DNA of 64,000 bases from Candidatus Multivorans sp. Its GTDB lineage: Bacteria > Acidobacteriota > Thermoanaerobaculia > Multivoradales > Multivoraceae. The translations under genes were made by a program, and so were the position numbers. The DNA lies in the NCBI GenBank assembly GCA_965224025.1, contig OZ245033.1, positions 2,176,001 through 2,240,000 of the forward strand, given 5' to 3'. The notes beneath the pieces are model-generated. The model worked only from the letters and a program-made list of their open reading frames with translations, did no database searches and was not told the origin of the DNA. Each line of letters begins with the position of its first letter. The first letter of the stretch is position 1. Below, piece by piece: positions 29,397 through 48,946 of the stretch.

Positions 29397-30092
29397 ATGA
29401 GCGCCGCGAAGATCGTCGTCATCGAAGACGAGCCCGACATCCTCGAACTGATCGAGTACAACCTTCGGCGAGAGGGCTTCGACGTCGCGACGGCGACGAG
29501 CGGCCGTACGGGTCTTTCCGTGATCGGGCGCGAGAAGCCGGACATCGTGCTGCTGGACCTGTTGCTGCCCGGTCTGGACGGTCTCGATGTGTGCCGTCGC
29601 CTGCGCTCGGTGGAATCGACCCGTGACCTGCCGGTGATCATGGTCACGGCCAGCGGCGAGGAGAGCGATGTCGTCCTCGGTCTCGGCGTCGGCGCCGACG
29701 ACTACATCCACAAGCCCTTCAGTCCCCGGGAACTGGTCGCCCGCGTCCGGGCGGTCTTGCGGCGGGGCCCGATGCGGGACCGCGACCCGGAACGTCTTGT
29801 CGTTCGGGGGCCGCTTCTGATCGACCCGGTCAAGCACCGGATCAAGGTCGAGGGTCGGCGGCTGGAGTTCACGCCCACCCAGTTTCGCCTTCTGCACTTC
29901 CTGGCCTCGCATCCCGGCCGCGTGTTCACCCGCGGCCAACTCCTGGACCGGGCGATCGGGGATCGCGCAGTGGTGATCGACCGCAACATCGACGTCCACG
30001 TCCGGGCGGTGCGCAAGAAGCTCGGGCCGCACCGCGACCTGATCGAGACTGTGCGCGGCATCGGCTACTGCTTCAGCGAGGAAGAGGGGTAG
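29397..30092 (+). CDS. phoB: OmpR/PhoB-family response regulator
   Basis: IEDEPDI, LLDLLLPG, GADDYIHKPFS, winged helix IETVRGIGY; context between porin, phoR and phoU. Confidence 0.88.
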   Translation: MSAAKIVVIEDEPDILELIEYNLRREGFDVATATSGRTGLSVIGREKPDIVLLDLLLPGLDGLDVCRRLRSVESTRDLPVIMVTASGEESDVVLGLGVGADDYIHKPFSPRELVARVRAVLRRGPMRDRDPERLVVRGPLLIDPVKHRIKVEGRRLEFTPTQFRLLHFLASHPGRVFTRGQLLDRAIGDRAVVIDRNIDVHVRAVRKKLGPHRDLIETVRGIGYCFSEEEG

Positions 30093-30183
30093 CGCCGCCA
30101 AGGGTGTACGTCGGAGGTGTAGGTTGTGGATACTCGACGCGGCCGGGTCGGCGCCGCCGGGGTCCGACCGCCCGGGAGTTCCC

Positions 30184-31563
30184 ATGATCCGCTCACCTCT
30201 CTTCTGGCGCCTCTTGATGGGCGGGGTGGGCCTGCTGGCTGCGGGCCTCCTGCTTGGCGGCGCGGCGGCCTCGGGTCGACTCGGCCCGGCCGTCTTCTGG
30301 ATCTTGGCGCTGCTGGCCGGCGCCTGTGTCGCTCTCGGCGCCGCCCGGCTGGCGAAGCGGGCGCGGGGTCTGCTGACAAAGGCCGCGGCGCTTGGTGGGC
30401 GCGTGCCGGGGGCCGAGACCGGCCGCGGTGACGAGTTCGCCCGGCTCGAAGCCCATCTGGAGGAGAACGATGCGCGGTTCGTGGAACAGGTCGAACAGCT
30501 CAAGGCGGAGCGCAACCAGTTGACGGCGCTGCTCGGCGGCATGGTGGAAGGGGTGGTGGCGATCGACCTCGACCGGCAGGTGCTGCACCTGAACGCGGTG
30601 GCCGCGAACTGGTTCAGACGCCCGGCGCCGGAGTTGGCGGTCGGACGTCCCATCTACGAATTGTCGCGCCAGCCGGAGATCTCGGGCGCCCTGATCGAGG
30701 CGATGGAGAAGCGGAGGCAGGTGAGTCGCACGTTTACCCTGGCGCGCTTCGCCGGCCAGGACGGTGGCCCGAACAGATTCGAGCTGAACGCGTCGCCCCT
30801 GCTCTCGTCGCGGCGGGACGGCGAACAGGTCGAAGGGGCGGTGGCGGTGATCCACGACATCACGGAGCTGGAGCGGTTGGAGAGCATGCGCCGCGATTTC
30901 GTGTCGAATGTCTCGCACGAGCTGAAGACGCCCCTGACCGCCATTCACGGCTATGTGGAGACCCTGCTGGACGCGGATCCGGTCGACGGCCCGACGCGTG
31001 GCCGCTTCCTGCGCAAGATCCGAAGGCAGAGCAACCGTCTGAGCGCCCTGGTCTCCGACTTGCTCACGCTGTCGCGGATCGAGTCTTCTGTCGAGCCGCC
31101 GGAGAAGATCGTCGATCTGCGCTCGCCGGTGGGCGAGGTGTTGAGTCTGCTCGGACCCTCGAGCGAGGAGAGCGGTCTCGAACTGGTCGCCGAATGCCCC
31201 CAGGCCCCGGTTCAGGTCCTGGGTGAAGAGGAAGCGATCCGGCAGGCGCTGTCCAATCTGGTCGACAACGCGGTCAAGTACTCGTCGGTGGGCGGTCGGG
31301 TGGTGGTGCGTTTACAGGCGGCGAACGGGCGGGCGGTTCTCGAGGTCGAAGATCAAGGGCCGGGCATCGCGACGGAACACCTGGACCGAATCTTCGAGCG
31401 CTTCTACCGTGTCGACCGCGCCCGCTCCAGGGAGCTCGGCGGCACCGGTCTGGGCCTGGCGATCGTCAAGAACGTCGCCCGGCGACACGGCGGAGGAGTG
31501 GAGGTGGAAAGCGAACGGGGCCGGGGCTCGACGTTCCGCTTCTGGTTGCCCACGGCGGGCTGA
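30184..31563 (+). CDS. phoR: Sensor histidine kinase (TM-PAS-HisKA-HATPase)
   Basis: RRDFVSNVSHELKTPLT, NLVDNAVKY, DQGPGI, FERFYRVD..RSRELGGTGLGL. Confidence 0.9.
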   Translation: MIRSPLFWRLLMGGVGLLAAGLLLGGAAASGRLGPAVFWILALLAGACVALGAARLAKRARGLLTKAAALGGRVPGAETGRGDEFARLEAHLEENDARFVEQVEQLKAERNQLTALLGGMVEGVVAIDLDRQVLHLNAVAANWFRRPAPELAVGRPIYELSRQPEISGALIEAMEKRRQVSRTFTLARFAGQDGGPNRFELNASPLLSSRRDGEQVEGAVAVIHDITELERLESMRRDFVSNVSHELKTPLTAIHGYVETLLDADPVDGPTRGRFLRKIRRQSNRLSALVSDLLTLSRIESSVEPPEKIVDLRSPVGEVLSLLGPSSEESGLELVAECPQAPVQVLGEEEAIRQALSNLVDNAVKYSSVGGRVVVRLQAANGRAVLEVEDQGPGIATEHLDRIFERFYRVDRARSRELGGTGLGLAIVKNVARRHGGGVEVESERGRGSTFRFWLPTAG

Positions 31564-31569
31564 GGAGTG

Positions 31570-31591
31570 CTTCACGCGCTCTTCACACGGC
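31570..31591 (+). promoter_or_regulatory. Candidate PHO box upstream of phoU
   Basis: 11-bp direct repeat CTTCACGCGCT / CTTCACACGGC, followed by TAGGAT at 31628. Confidence 0.5.
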
Positions 31592-31640
31592 TGCGCGACA
31601 TTCGCTACGGCTTTGATTTGGGGCCGCTAGGATTCATGGC

Positions 31641-32297
31641 TTGAGGATTCATCTACAGCGCGATCTCGACGAGGTGACGCGGTCGCTCCTGGAAGTGGCG
31701 GCGATGGTCGAGGACATGATCGCCAAGTCGCTGCGAGCGCTCCGGGAGCGGAGCGTCGACCTGGCGCACGAGGTCCAGCGCCAGGACCGCGTCATCGACG
31801 CCCGCGAGATCGAGGTCGAAGAGGAGTGCCTCAAGATCCTGGCCCTGCACTCGCCGGTGGCGTTGGACCTGAGAACGGTCGTGACCTACCTCAAGGTGAA
31901 CAACGATCTCGAACGGGCCGGCGATCTGGCTCGGAATCTCGCTGAGCGCGCCGAGAGTCTCGCGGTGGCCGAGCCGGTCGAAGTCCCGGAAGAGATCTGG
32001 ATCATGGCCGAGCGCATCCCGAAGATGCTGCGGGCGGCCCTGGACGCGGTCGTTGGCGGCGACACGGAACTCGCCCGTTCGGTGATTGCGGAGGACGAGG
32101 TCGTCGACCGCAGTCACGAGGCGATGTACGGCGTGGTCCGGAGGATGATCGACGAGGATCCCGAGCTGGCGTCGGCCAGCATCCAGTTCCTGTCGATCTC
32201 GCGCTATCTCGAGCGGATGGCCGATCTGGCGACGAACGTCGCCGAGGACGTCGTCTTCCTGGTCGACGGCGAAGTCGTACGCCATCAGGCGTCGTAG
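31641..32297 (+). CDS. phoU: Phosphate signalling protein PhoU
   Basis: PVALDLR, DLERAGD, YLERMADLATNVAEDV. Confidence 0.93.
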   Translation: MRIHLQRDLDEVTRSLLEVAAMVEDMIAKSLRALRERSVDLAHEVQRQDRVIDAREIEVEEECLKILALHSPVALDLRTVVTYLKVNNDLERAGDLARNLAERAESLAVAEPVEVPEEIWIMAERIPKMLRAALDAVVGGDTELARSVIAEDEVVDRSHEAMYGVVRRMIDEDPELASASIQFLSISRYLERMADLATNVAEDVVFLVDGEVVRHQAS

Positions 32298-32359
32298 GCC
32301 CGTCCTTCTCTGTTTCGCGGAGGCCGGCGCGCCCAACCGGATGGATGTTGCAGGGGGGG

Positions 32360-32395
32360 TTTACGGCTGCCGAAGAAGCGGCTAGACTCCGCCCC
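32360..32395 (+). promoter_or_regulatory. Sigma70 promoter with GC-rich discriminator for the tRNA-tuf operon
   Basis: TTTACG, 17 bp, TAGACT, then CCGCCCC. Confidence 0.55.
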
Positions 32396-32531
32396 TTCCC
32401 CGCGATGCACCGCGGAGCTTGGCTCCGGGGGGCGGGTCCCATTGCGTGTCGAGGGTCGCCTTGGCGAGCGGAGAAAAGGGTGTCCCGAAACACGGTTCAG
32501 AAACTTGAGGATGGGGAATCCTGAGACGGCT

Positions 32532-32606
32532 GCCCACGTGGCTCAGGGGTAGAGCACTTCCTTGGTAAGGAAGGGGTCACCGGTTCAAATCCGGTCGTGG
32601 GCTCCA
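32532..32606 (+). tRNA. tRNA-Thr(GGT)
   Basis: Acceptor GCCCACG/CGTGGGC, anticodon loop TTGGTAA, T-loop GGTTCAAATCC, encoded CCA. Confidence 0.96.
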
Positions 32607-32672
32607 GACGGGCGTCAAAGCAGCAAGCACACGGATAGTTGAGCCGCTAGAGCGGGAGAGGCAACGAGCGTC

Positions 32673-33866
<1,194 letters not shown>

Positions 33867-33899
33867 AGGGGTTGGATTTGTGACTGGACTTGGGGACTC

Positions 33900-33975
33900 A
33901 GGCCAGTAGCTCAATTGGTAGAGCATCGGTCTCCAAAACCGAAGGTTGGGGGTTCGAGACCCTCCTGGCCTGCCA
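33900..33975 (+). tRNA. tRNA-Trp(CCA)
   Basis: Acceptor AGGCCAG/CTGGCCT, anticodon loop CTCCAAA, GGTTCGAG T-loop, CCA end; located before secE. Confidence 0.96.
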
Positions 33976-34068
33976 GACGTTCTCCGGGCGATTCCGGGGA
34001 CGGGACCCGACGGGTTTCGCGGAGACAGGGCGAGTTTCAGAGAGACCGGAAGGGGCAGGAGGATAGAG

Positions 34069-34272
34069 ATGGCGGCAATCGGCAGGCTCGGCGTGTTCCT
34101 GGGCGAGGTGCGCACCGAGATGAAGAAGGTGACCTTTCCCTCGCGGGAGGAGGTGGTGGGCACCACCGGCGTCGTGCTGATCACGAGTGTCATCTTCGCC
34201 ATCTTCCTGTGGATCGCCGATCTCGTCATCCAGCGTCTCTACCATGGCCTCGTCGACCTGTTCCTGCAATGA
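34069..34272 (+). CDS. secE: Preprotein translocase subunit SecE
   Basis: EMKKVTFPSREEV plus one TM; SD AGGAGG upstream. Confidence 0.93.
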   Translation: MAAIGRLGVFLGEVRTEMKKVTFPSREEVVGTTGVVLITSVIFAIFLWIADLVIQRLYHGLVDLFLQ

Positions 34273-34307
34273 GCCCCAAGGGCGCGAGCGACGACAGGGA
34301 GTACCGG

Positions 34308-34940
34308 ATGAGCGAAGTCGAAACGGCAGCCATGGGCAGCGTCGAGGCCGCGGCGGACGGCGGCGAGGAAGCCTCCGCTCCCCAGCGGCAGTGGTACATC
34401 GTCCATACGTACTCGGGCTACGAGGAGCGCGTCCGGGAAACCCTGCGGCAGCGCTCCGAGGCGCACGACATGGGCCACGCGTTCGGCGAGGTGCGCATCC
34501 CGACCGAGACGATCGTGGAACTCAAGGGCGGCAAGAAACGGGAAACGCAGCGCAAGTTCTTCCCCGGCTACATCCTGATTGAGATCGAGTGCGAGCAGCG
34601 CGGCGACGGACGGCTGAAGATCTCGGACGAAGCGTGGCACGTGGTCAAGAACACGCCGAAGGTGACCGGCTTCGTCGGTACCGGCAAGGAGCCGACGCCC
34701 CTCGACCAGGCCGAGGTCGACGCGATCATCGAGAAGGTGGTCACGGCGAAGGAGAAGCCGAAGCCGAAGTACCTGTTCGAGAAGGGCGAGCTGGTCAAGA
34801 TCGTGGATGGGCCCTTCAACAACTTCACCGGCACCGTGGAAGAGATCAACCTGGACCGGAGCACGTTGAAGGTGATGGTCACGATCTTCGGCCGCCAGAC
34901 GCCGGTCGAACTCGAGTTCCTCCAGGTCCAGAAGACCTGA
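34308..34940 (+). CDS. nusG: Transcription termination/antitermination factor NusG
   Basis: WYIVHTYSGYE, FFPGYIL, KOW motif DGPFNNF, IFGRQTPVELEF. Alternative start 34269. Confidence 0.96.
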   Translation: MSEVETAAMGSVEAAADGGEEASAPQRQWYIVHTYSGYEERVRETLRQRSEAHDMGHAFGEVRIPTETIVELKGGKKRETQRKFFPGYILIEIECEQRGDGRLKISDEAWHVVKNTPKVTGFVGTGKEPTPLDQAEVDAIIEKVVTAKEKPKPKYLFEKGELVKIVDGPFNNFTGTVEEINLDRSTLKVMVTIFGRQTPVELEFLQVQKT

Positions 34941-35001
34941 GGGCGTGCGAACTGAGCGGATGAAGGTCGAGTTCGATTTGGTTGCAACCAGGTAGGGAAC
35001 T

Positions 35002-35442
35002 ATGGCGAAGAGAACGACGGGCAAGAGAGTAACCGGGCAGATCAAGCTCCAGATCCCCGCCGGCGCGGCGACGCCGGCGCCTCCGGTCGGTCCCGCACTC
35101 GGTCAGGCCGGCCTGAACATCATGGACTTCTGCAAGGCATTCAACGCCAGGACGCAGAACGATGGGGGGTTGATCATTCCCGTGGTCATCACGGTCTACG
35201 CGGACCGCACGTACTCGTTCATCACCAAGACGCCGCCCGCCGCGGTGCTGCTGCTCAAGGCGGCTTCCCTGGACAAGGGATCGTCTGAGCCCAACCGGGA
35301 CAAGGTCGGCAGCGTGACCCGCGCCCAACTCGAGGAGATCGCGCGCACGAAGATGGTCGACCTGAACGCGGTCGACCTCGACGGCGCGTGCAGGATCATC
35401 GCCGGCACCGCCCGATCGATGGGGCTGGAGATCGACGCCTGA
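35002..35442 (+). CDS. rplK: 50S ribosomal protein L11
   Basis: [27 protein letters not shown]. Confidence 0.98.
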   Translation: MAKRTTGKRVTGQIKLQIPAGAATPAPPVGPALGQAGLNIMDFCKAFNARTQNDGGLIIPVVITVYADRTYSFITKTPPAAVLLLKAASLDKGSSEPNRDKVGSVTRAQLEEIARTKMVDLNAVDLDGACRIIAGTARSMGLEIDA

Positions 35443-35502
35443 TCGGCGTCGAAGCTTCACGGAACACAGGCTTCAGGGAAACAGGGCTAAGGAGAAACGC
35501 AC

Positions 35503-36207
35503 GTGGCCAAGGCAGGCAGGAAGTACAGGGAGGCGAGAGCCGCCGTTGAAGACCGTCCGCACGGGCTCGACGAGGCCCTGGAGCGGGTCAGGAACGGCAG
35601 TTTCGCCAAGTTCGACGAGACGGTGGAGATCGCGATTCGCCTTGGTGTGAACCCCAGGCACGCGGATCAGATGGTGCGCGGCACCGTCGTGCTTCCGCAC
35701 GGTACCGGGCGAACCGTTCGGGTGCTGGTGTTCGCCTCCGGCGAGAAGCTCCAGGAGGCCGAGGCCGCCGGCGCCGACGAGGTCGGCGGCGAGGAACTGG
35801 CGGCGCGGATTCAGAGCGGTTGGCTGGACTTCGACGCCGTGGTCGCGACGCCGGACATGATGCGGGTCGTGGGCCGGCTGGGTCGCGTCCTGGGCCCCCG
35901 CGGCCTGATGCCCAACCCGAAGACCGGGACAGTCACCTTGGGCGTGGCAAAGGCGATCGAGGACATCAAGGCGGGCAAGGTCAACTTCCGGGTCGACAAG
36001 GCCGGAGTCGTCCATGCGCCCCTGGGGAAGGTCTCGTTCGACAAGGAACGACTGAAGGAGAACGCCGCGGTCCTGCTGGCCGAGGTGATCCGGGCGCGGC
36101 CCAGCGCGGCCAAGGGCACGTACGTCCGCTCGCTCAACCTGAGTTCAACGATGGGCCCGGGCGTTCGGGTCGACCCGGCCGAAGCCGCCGCGGCGGAAGC
36201 GTCGTGA
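35503..36207 (+). CDS. rplA: 50S ribosomal protein L1
   Basis: [29 protein letters not shown]. Confidence 0.98.
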   Translation: MAKAGRKYREARAAVEDRPHGLDEALERVRNGSFAKFDETVEIAIRLGVNPRHADQMVRGTVVLPHGTGRTVRVLVFASGEKLQEAEAAGADEVGGEELAARIQSGWLDFDAVVATPDMMRVVGRLGRVLGPRGLMPNPKTGTVTLGVAKAIEDIKAGKVNFRVDKAGVVHAPLGKVSFDKERLKENAAVLLAEVIRARPSAAKGTYVRSLNLSSTMGPGVRVDPAEAAAAEAS

Positions 36208-36235
36208 GCGACCGCGACGGCCTGGAGGAGTCGAA

Positions 36236-36763
36236 ATGGCGCTGACGCGGGAGACGAAGGCCGAATTGCTGGCCAGCTACCAGAGCGACATGGCCGCGGT
36301 GCCGCATGCGTTCCTGGTTGGCTTCTCCGGCATTACGGTGGGGCAGGTCGACGACCTGCGGCGCCGGGTGCGGACAGCCGGCGGCAGCTACTCGGTGGTC
36401 AAGAACCGGATCGCCAAGCTCGCTTTCGAAGACAGCAGCCTTGGCGCGCTCACGGAGCACCTGGCCGGTCCGACGGCGATCGCGTACAGCGAGGACGATC
36501 CGGTCGGGTTGGCCAAGACGCTGACCGAGTTTGCGAAGGACGTACCGGTACTCGAGTTCAAGGCCGGCCTGGTGGACGGCCAGACGATCTCGGCCGATGC
36601 GATTCAGGAGATCGCCAATCTGCCGAGCCGGGAGGCTCTGGTGGCGAAGCTCCTGTTCCTGCTCCAGTCGCCGATTGCGCGGTTTGTGCGGGGCCTGGGC
36701 GACGTGACGCCGCGGTTCCTCCGCACCCTGAACGAGATTGCAAGTCGGAAGGAAGAGGGCTGA
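36236..36763 (+). CDS. rplJ: 50S ribosomal protein L10
   Basis: [18 protein letters not shown]; synteny. Confidence 0.96.
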   Translation: MALTRETKAELLASYQSDMAAVPHAFLVGFSGITVGQVDDLRRRVRTAGGSYSVVKNRIAKLAFEDSSLGALTEHLAGPTAIAYSEDDPVGLAKTLTEFAKDVPVLEFKAGLVDGQTISADAIQEIANLPSREALVAKLLFLLQSPIARFVRGLGDVTPRFLRTLNEIASRKEEG

Positions 36764-36838
36764 CGGCGGCCTTCGCTATCGATGTTTGGAACCGCGGCGC
36801 CCGACCGGCGCCGCTGAATAGGAAGGGGATCCCAGGAA

Positions 36839-37219
36839 ATGGCAGTAGCAGCAACGGATCTGATCAAGCAGATCGACGAGATGACCGTCCTCGAGCTGAA
36901 CACGCTGGTCAACGAGCTCGAAGAGCACTACGGTGTGTCGGCGGCGGCGGCGGCGGTTCCCATGGCCGCGGCCGCGGGCGGCGGCGAGGCCGAAGAGGCC
37001 GAAGAACAGACCGAGTTCGATGTGCGGTTGACCTCGTTCGGCGACAAGAAGATCGCCGTCATCAAGGTCGTGCGCGAAGTGACCAGCCTCGGATTGAAGG
37101 AGGCCAAGGACCTGGTCGAATCGGCGCCGGTCGCCGTCAAGGAGGGTGTGTCGAAGGACGAGGCCGACGAGGTCAAGTCGAAAATCGAGGAGGCCGGTGG
37201 CCAGGCCGAGGTCAAATAG
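36839..37219 (+). CDS. rplL: 50S ribosomal protein L7/L12
   Basis: [29 protein letters not shown]. Confidence 0.98.
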   Translation: MAVAATDLIKQIDEMTVLELNTLVNELEEHYGVSAAAAAVPMAAAAGGGEAEEAEEQTEFDVRLTSFGDKKIAVIKVVREVTSLGLKEAKDLVESAPVAVKEGVSKDEADEVKSKIEEAGGQAEVK

Positions 37220-37464
37220 CCATTCCGGTTGGCGATCTTCTCCCGGGGCCGCGTAGAATCACGTCGGCCAACCTCGACCCGGCAGTCGGCGCCGGGGTGG
37301 CATTCGTGTGGTTGCCCGTCGCTCCGGCGCTCTTTCCGTTCCCTGTCCGCCCGCCGCAACGCGGCGGACCAATTCCGGGCGAACAACTGTGCTCATCGCC
37401 CCGGCTACGGCATCTGCCTTGCTCCCGCCTCGCGCAGAGGACCTGAAGTAGGAGACATCGAAGC

Positions 37465-41730
<4,266 letters not shown>

Positions 41731-41743
41731 GGGAGGTCGCCTG

Positions 41744-45930
<4,187 letters not shown>

Positions 45931-45934
<4 letters not shown>

Positions 45935-45985
45935 CGGCTTGGCCGCTAGACGCCGTCCGGCCACTAGCGGACCTGGTCCGCTAGT
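45931..45985. repeat. Two tandem palindromes sharing a CTAGCGG/CCGCTAG stem at the rpoC stop
   Basis: CTAGCGGC-TTG-GCCGCTAG (45931-45949) and ACTAGCGGACC-T-GGTCCGCTAGT (45963-45985); no U-tract. Confidence 0.75.
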
Positions 45986-46227
45986 CGCGGTCCCGCCACT
46001 GAGGGTCCGGCTCCGAGAGTTTCGACAGCTCCGGAACTCGGCCACCCGCTCTCCCGCCGGTAGGCGTCGGCGCCGAGTTCCTGCGTTTCACACTCGGCCC
46101 ACGATACGCTGCCTGATCAAGACGCCGATCTACAACTTTCGGCAACATCTCTCCGGTTCTTCTTCTCGGCTCTGCTGTCGGGGCAGAGGCGAAGTCAACC
46201 GCCGTACACCAACCTCTGGAGTTCTGC

Positions 46228-47145
46228 ATGAAGCATCTCATCGCCCTGCTGGCACTGGCGCTTGCGGTCTCGCCCGCCACATCCCAAGACGCGGCTGTAG
46301 CTGTTCCCGACATCGTGAGCATGGACGATCGTCCGGTGTGGTTCTCTGCCGCCAGTCTGTTCGATCAGAACGGGAACGTAGCGCCGGAGCTTGGGAACCG
46401 GCTGCGGCTCGAACTCGTGCACCAGTCGGCTGACTTTCGTCGGAAGTTCGGCTCTGCGAGCACCTATGGCCTAGTCGATGGCGATGTGCCTGCGGTCTCA
46501 TACTGCCCCGAGAGTTGGGCAGTCGACTTCGTCCACTTCGCTTCACCGGAGTACAAGGCGTTCGATCTACACCTCCTTCTCTCGGAAGTAGCGGTATTGG
46601 CCGAAATCGTCGAGGTTGTGCCGGGACTCTTGTCAGACGGACAACCCACGGCGTTGGTCGTCCTCGACCGCGTGGAGCCTCTCCGCGGCAATGTGCAGGT
46701 GCCCGAGTTCGCGTTGCTGCCTCTCGGCCAGCTCGTCGTCCGCGACCATGTGATTTGCAGTCCGATTGAGAGCGAAGTAGTTCCGAGTCTCGTTCCCGAG
46801 AGGGGACAGAAGGTCGTGATTGTCTCGGACTGGCGAGATCAGCCTGTGGTTGGAGGGGCGCAAGGGCTGGCGGTGGTGGATGAGGGCGCACACCTGAAGT
46901 GGTCTTACGGCCCCGCTGGCCCACCGACCTTGCGGGGACTCCGAAGCCGCGTAGATGATCTCGAGGTACAAGGAGCTTTCGGGATTGCGGCCGACCTTGC
47001 GAAGCAAAGTTCGTACTCGAAGGAGCGGCGGCAGTTTATCTCCGAGTGGAACCGCCTCAGCGACTCCGGGTGTTTCGGCGATGGGCCAATTGAGCGACTC
47101 TCAACCGGCGAACTCGCGACTGCGGCGTGCCCGGTGGAACGATGA
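46228..47145 (+). CDS. Secreted hypothetical protein, translationally coupled to the downstream protease gene
   Basis: Signal peptide MKHLIALLALALAVSPATS, four Cys, ATGA overlap at 47142-47145. Confidence 0.75.
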   Translation: MKHLIALLALALAVSPATSQDAAVAVPDIVSMDDRPVWFSAASLFDQNGNVAPELGNRLRLELVHQSADFRRKFGSASTYGLVDGDVPAVSYCPESWAVDFVHFASPEYKAFDLHLLLSEVAVLAEIVEVVPGLLSDGQPTALVVLDRVEPLRGNVQVPEFALLPLGQLVVRDHVICSPIESEVVPSLVPERGQKVVIVSDWRDQPVVGGAQGLAVVDEGAHLKWSYGPAGPPTLRGLRSRVDDLEVQGAFGIAADLAKQSSYSKERRQFISEWNRLSDSGCFGDGPIERLSTGELATAACPVER

Positions 47146-47884
47146 AGCGGCTGCTTGTAGCCGCTGTTTCGCTTCTTGGCTTCACGGCGGTGTCGGAAGC
47201 ACAGACCGGATGCGTTGTCCCGACAACCGCACATCTTCGAGCGGTTGACATCCTCCCCAACACGATCTTCGTTGACTCCGAGACCAGCACGGTAGATTCA
47301 GAGGACATCGACGAGGGCTTGGCACTGTGGACCGCCGAATGTACGGATCCCGGTCAACTGCCGGCCATTGAGAGGACATCGGCATCGGCCGATAGCGAGA
47401 CTTGGTCTGTAGTCACGGACACCTACGAAGAGCTTGGTGTAGCCCCGATTGATCCGTTGACGGGTCGGAAGAGGTGTGGTCTTACGCGCTAATCCTCTAC
47501 GGGCCTGAACAAGGTCATGATTTTCTCCGACCGACCGGACACATGTCCCCCGATCGAGAGCACGCTCGCGCACGAGTTCGGTCATGTGTTCCGCTTGGGT
47601 CACCCGACAAGCCAGGAATGTACGTCGCCGACCGATCCGAACGACAAACCGTCGATCATGTCGTATAGCTCTGGCAGAACAGTAAGCGATCAGACTTGCG
47701 ACGACACGAAGCGAGCGTTGGATCGCACAGTCAAGCCACTGCCGTCGGGCGGCGGCGGTGGCGGCGGTGGTGGCGGCGGTGGTGGTGGCGGCGGCGGCGG
47801 CGGCGACCTGGAGCGGGACCGCTGCACGGACTTCCCCAACACTCCGGGGTGCCCTGGTTACCCCAACTGCGAGCTGAATCCGAA
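47142..47884 (+). pseudogene. 5' part of a secreted metzincin (matrixin-like) metalloprotease gene; in-frame TAA at 47490 and IS interruption
   Basis: Signal peptide MKRLLVAAV..SEAQ. ORFs 47127..47492 and 47517..47900 share one frame. HEFGHVFRLGH zinc motif, SIMSY Met-turn, poly-Gly linker. Confidence 0.85.
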
Positions 47885-47902
47885 GGGGATTATATATTAG
47901 GC

Positions 47903-47931
47903 TTGACACGGGCGCTGATTTCCCGTAGTGT
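47903..47931 (+). promoter_or_regulatory. Transposase promoter overlapping IRL
   Basis: TTGACA (47903-47908), 17 bp, TAGTGT (47926-47931). Confidence 0.65.
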
Positions 47932-47959
47932 CTAGGGACACTGGACGGGAGATGAAACG

Positions 47960-48946
47960 ATGAAGCACAAGGCACCCGGCAAGGCTTACCGCAAGGGACT
48001 GACGTTCGTGCAACTGGCGCGGATGTTCCCCGATGAAGCAGCCGCGCGAGACTGGTTCGAGACGTACCTTTGGCCCGATGGAGTGAAGTGGTGCCCGAAC
48101 TGCGGCGGCGACAACACGCACGCATGCAAGCACAAGCAGATGCCGTACCGCTGCCGCGACTGCAAGCGGTACTTCAGCGTCAAGACCGGCACGCTCATGG
48201 CTGGTTCGCCGTTGCCTCTGTTGACGTGGCTCTACGCGATCTACCTCGAACTCACATCGCTCAAGGGCGTATCGAGCATGAAACTGCACCGTGACCTAGG
48301 CGTCACTCAGAAGACCGCTTGGCACATGCTCCAGCGCATCCGCGAAGCGTTCGCCGCCGAAGGGCCGGAAGTCCGGTTCGACGGTCCCGCCGAAGTGGAC
48401 GAGACGTACTTCGGCGGTCTGCGGAAGAACATGCCGAAGTGGAAGCGTGCGGAGCTTGAAGGTCGCGGCACGGTCGGCAAGACCGCCGTGGTGGGCATCA
48501 AGGACCGCGAGACCAAGAAGGTCGCGGCGAAGGTGGTCCGCTCCACCGACGGCGAGACCCTACAGGCGTTCGTGCGCGAGCACGTCGAACCCGGCGCGAT
48601 GGTGTACAGCGACGATACCGGGGCGTACAGCGGTCTGACCGAGTACGAGCGTGGCACGGTGAAGCACTCGGTCGGCGAGTACGTGGACGGCAAGGTCCAC
48701 ACGAACTCGATCGAGAGCTTCTGGTCGATGCTCAAGCGGGCGCACAAGGGTGTGTTCCACAAGATCAGTCCGAAGCACCTGCAACGCTACGTCGATGAGT
48801 TCGCGGGTCGGCAGAACATCCGCGAGTACGACACGCTGGCGCAGATGGTCGCCGTCACGGAGGGACTCGCGGGCAAGCGGCTCCGCTATCGTGACCTGAT
48901 CGCCGACAACGGCCTGCCGTCGGGCGCGCGCGAGGCCGCCGCATGA
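47960..48946 (+). CDS. IS1595-family DDE transposase
   Basis: Zn ribbon CPNC..CRDC, HTH LHRDLGVTQKTAW, EVDETYFGG, YSDD, HTNSIESFWSMLKR, KHLQRYVDEF. Confidence 0.95.
   Translation: MKHKAPGKAYRKGLTFVQLARMFPDEAAARDWFETYLWPDGVKWCPNCGGDNTHACKHKQMPYRCRDCKRYFSVKTGTLMAGSPLPLLTWLYAIYLELTSLKGVSSMKLHRDLGVTQKTAWHMLQRIREAFAAEGPEVRFDGPAEVDETYFGGLRKNMPKWKRAELEGRGTVGKTAVVGIKDRETKKVAAKVVRSTDGETLQAFVREHVEPGAMVYSDDTGAYSGLTEYERGTVKHSVGEYVDGKVHTNSIESFWSMLKRAHKGVFHKISPKHLQRYVDEFAGRQNIREYDTLAQMVAVTEGLAGKRLRYRDLIADNGLPSGAREAAA

Noticed and set aside
33915-34307. ORF extensions upstream of nusG/secE and ORF 55542 upstream of tuf2
   Set aside because: They overlap tRNA-Trp, secE or fusA; the conserved proteins start at 34069, 34308 and 55947.
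47490-47492. Stop-codon recoding (Sec/Pyl or alternative genetic code) in the protease
   Set aside because: The codon is TAA, which ends tuf1 normally, and the gene is independently broken by an IS.
47748-47804. GGC/GGT trinucleotide run as a contingency locus
   Set aside because: In-frame poly-Gly linker with mixed codons; length change would not switch expression.
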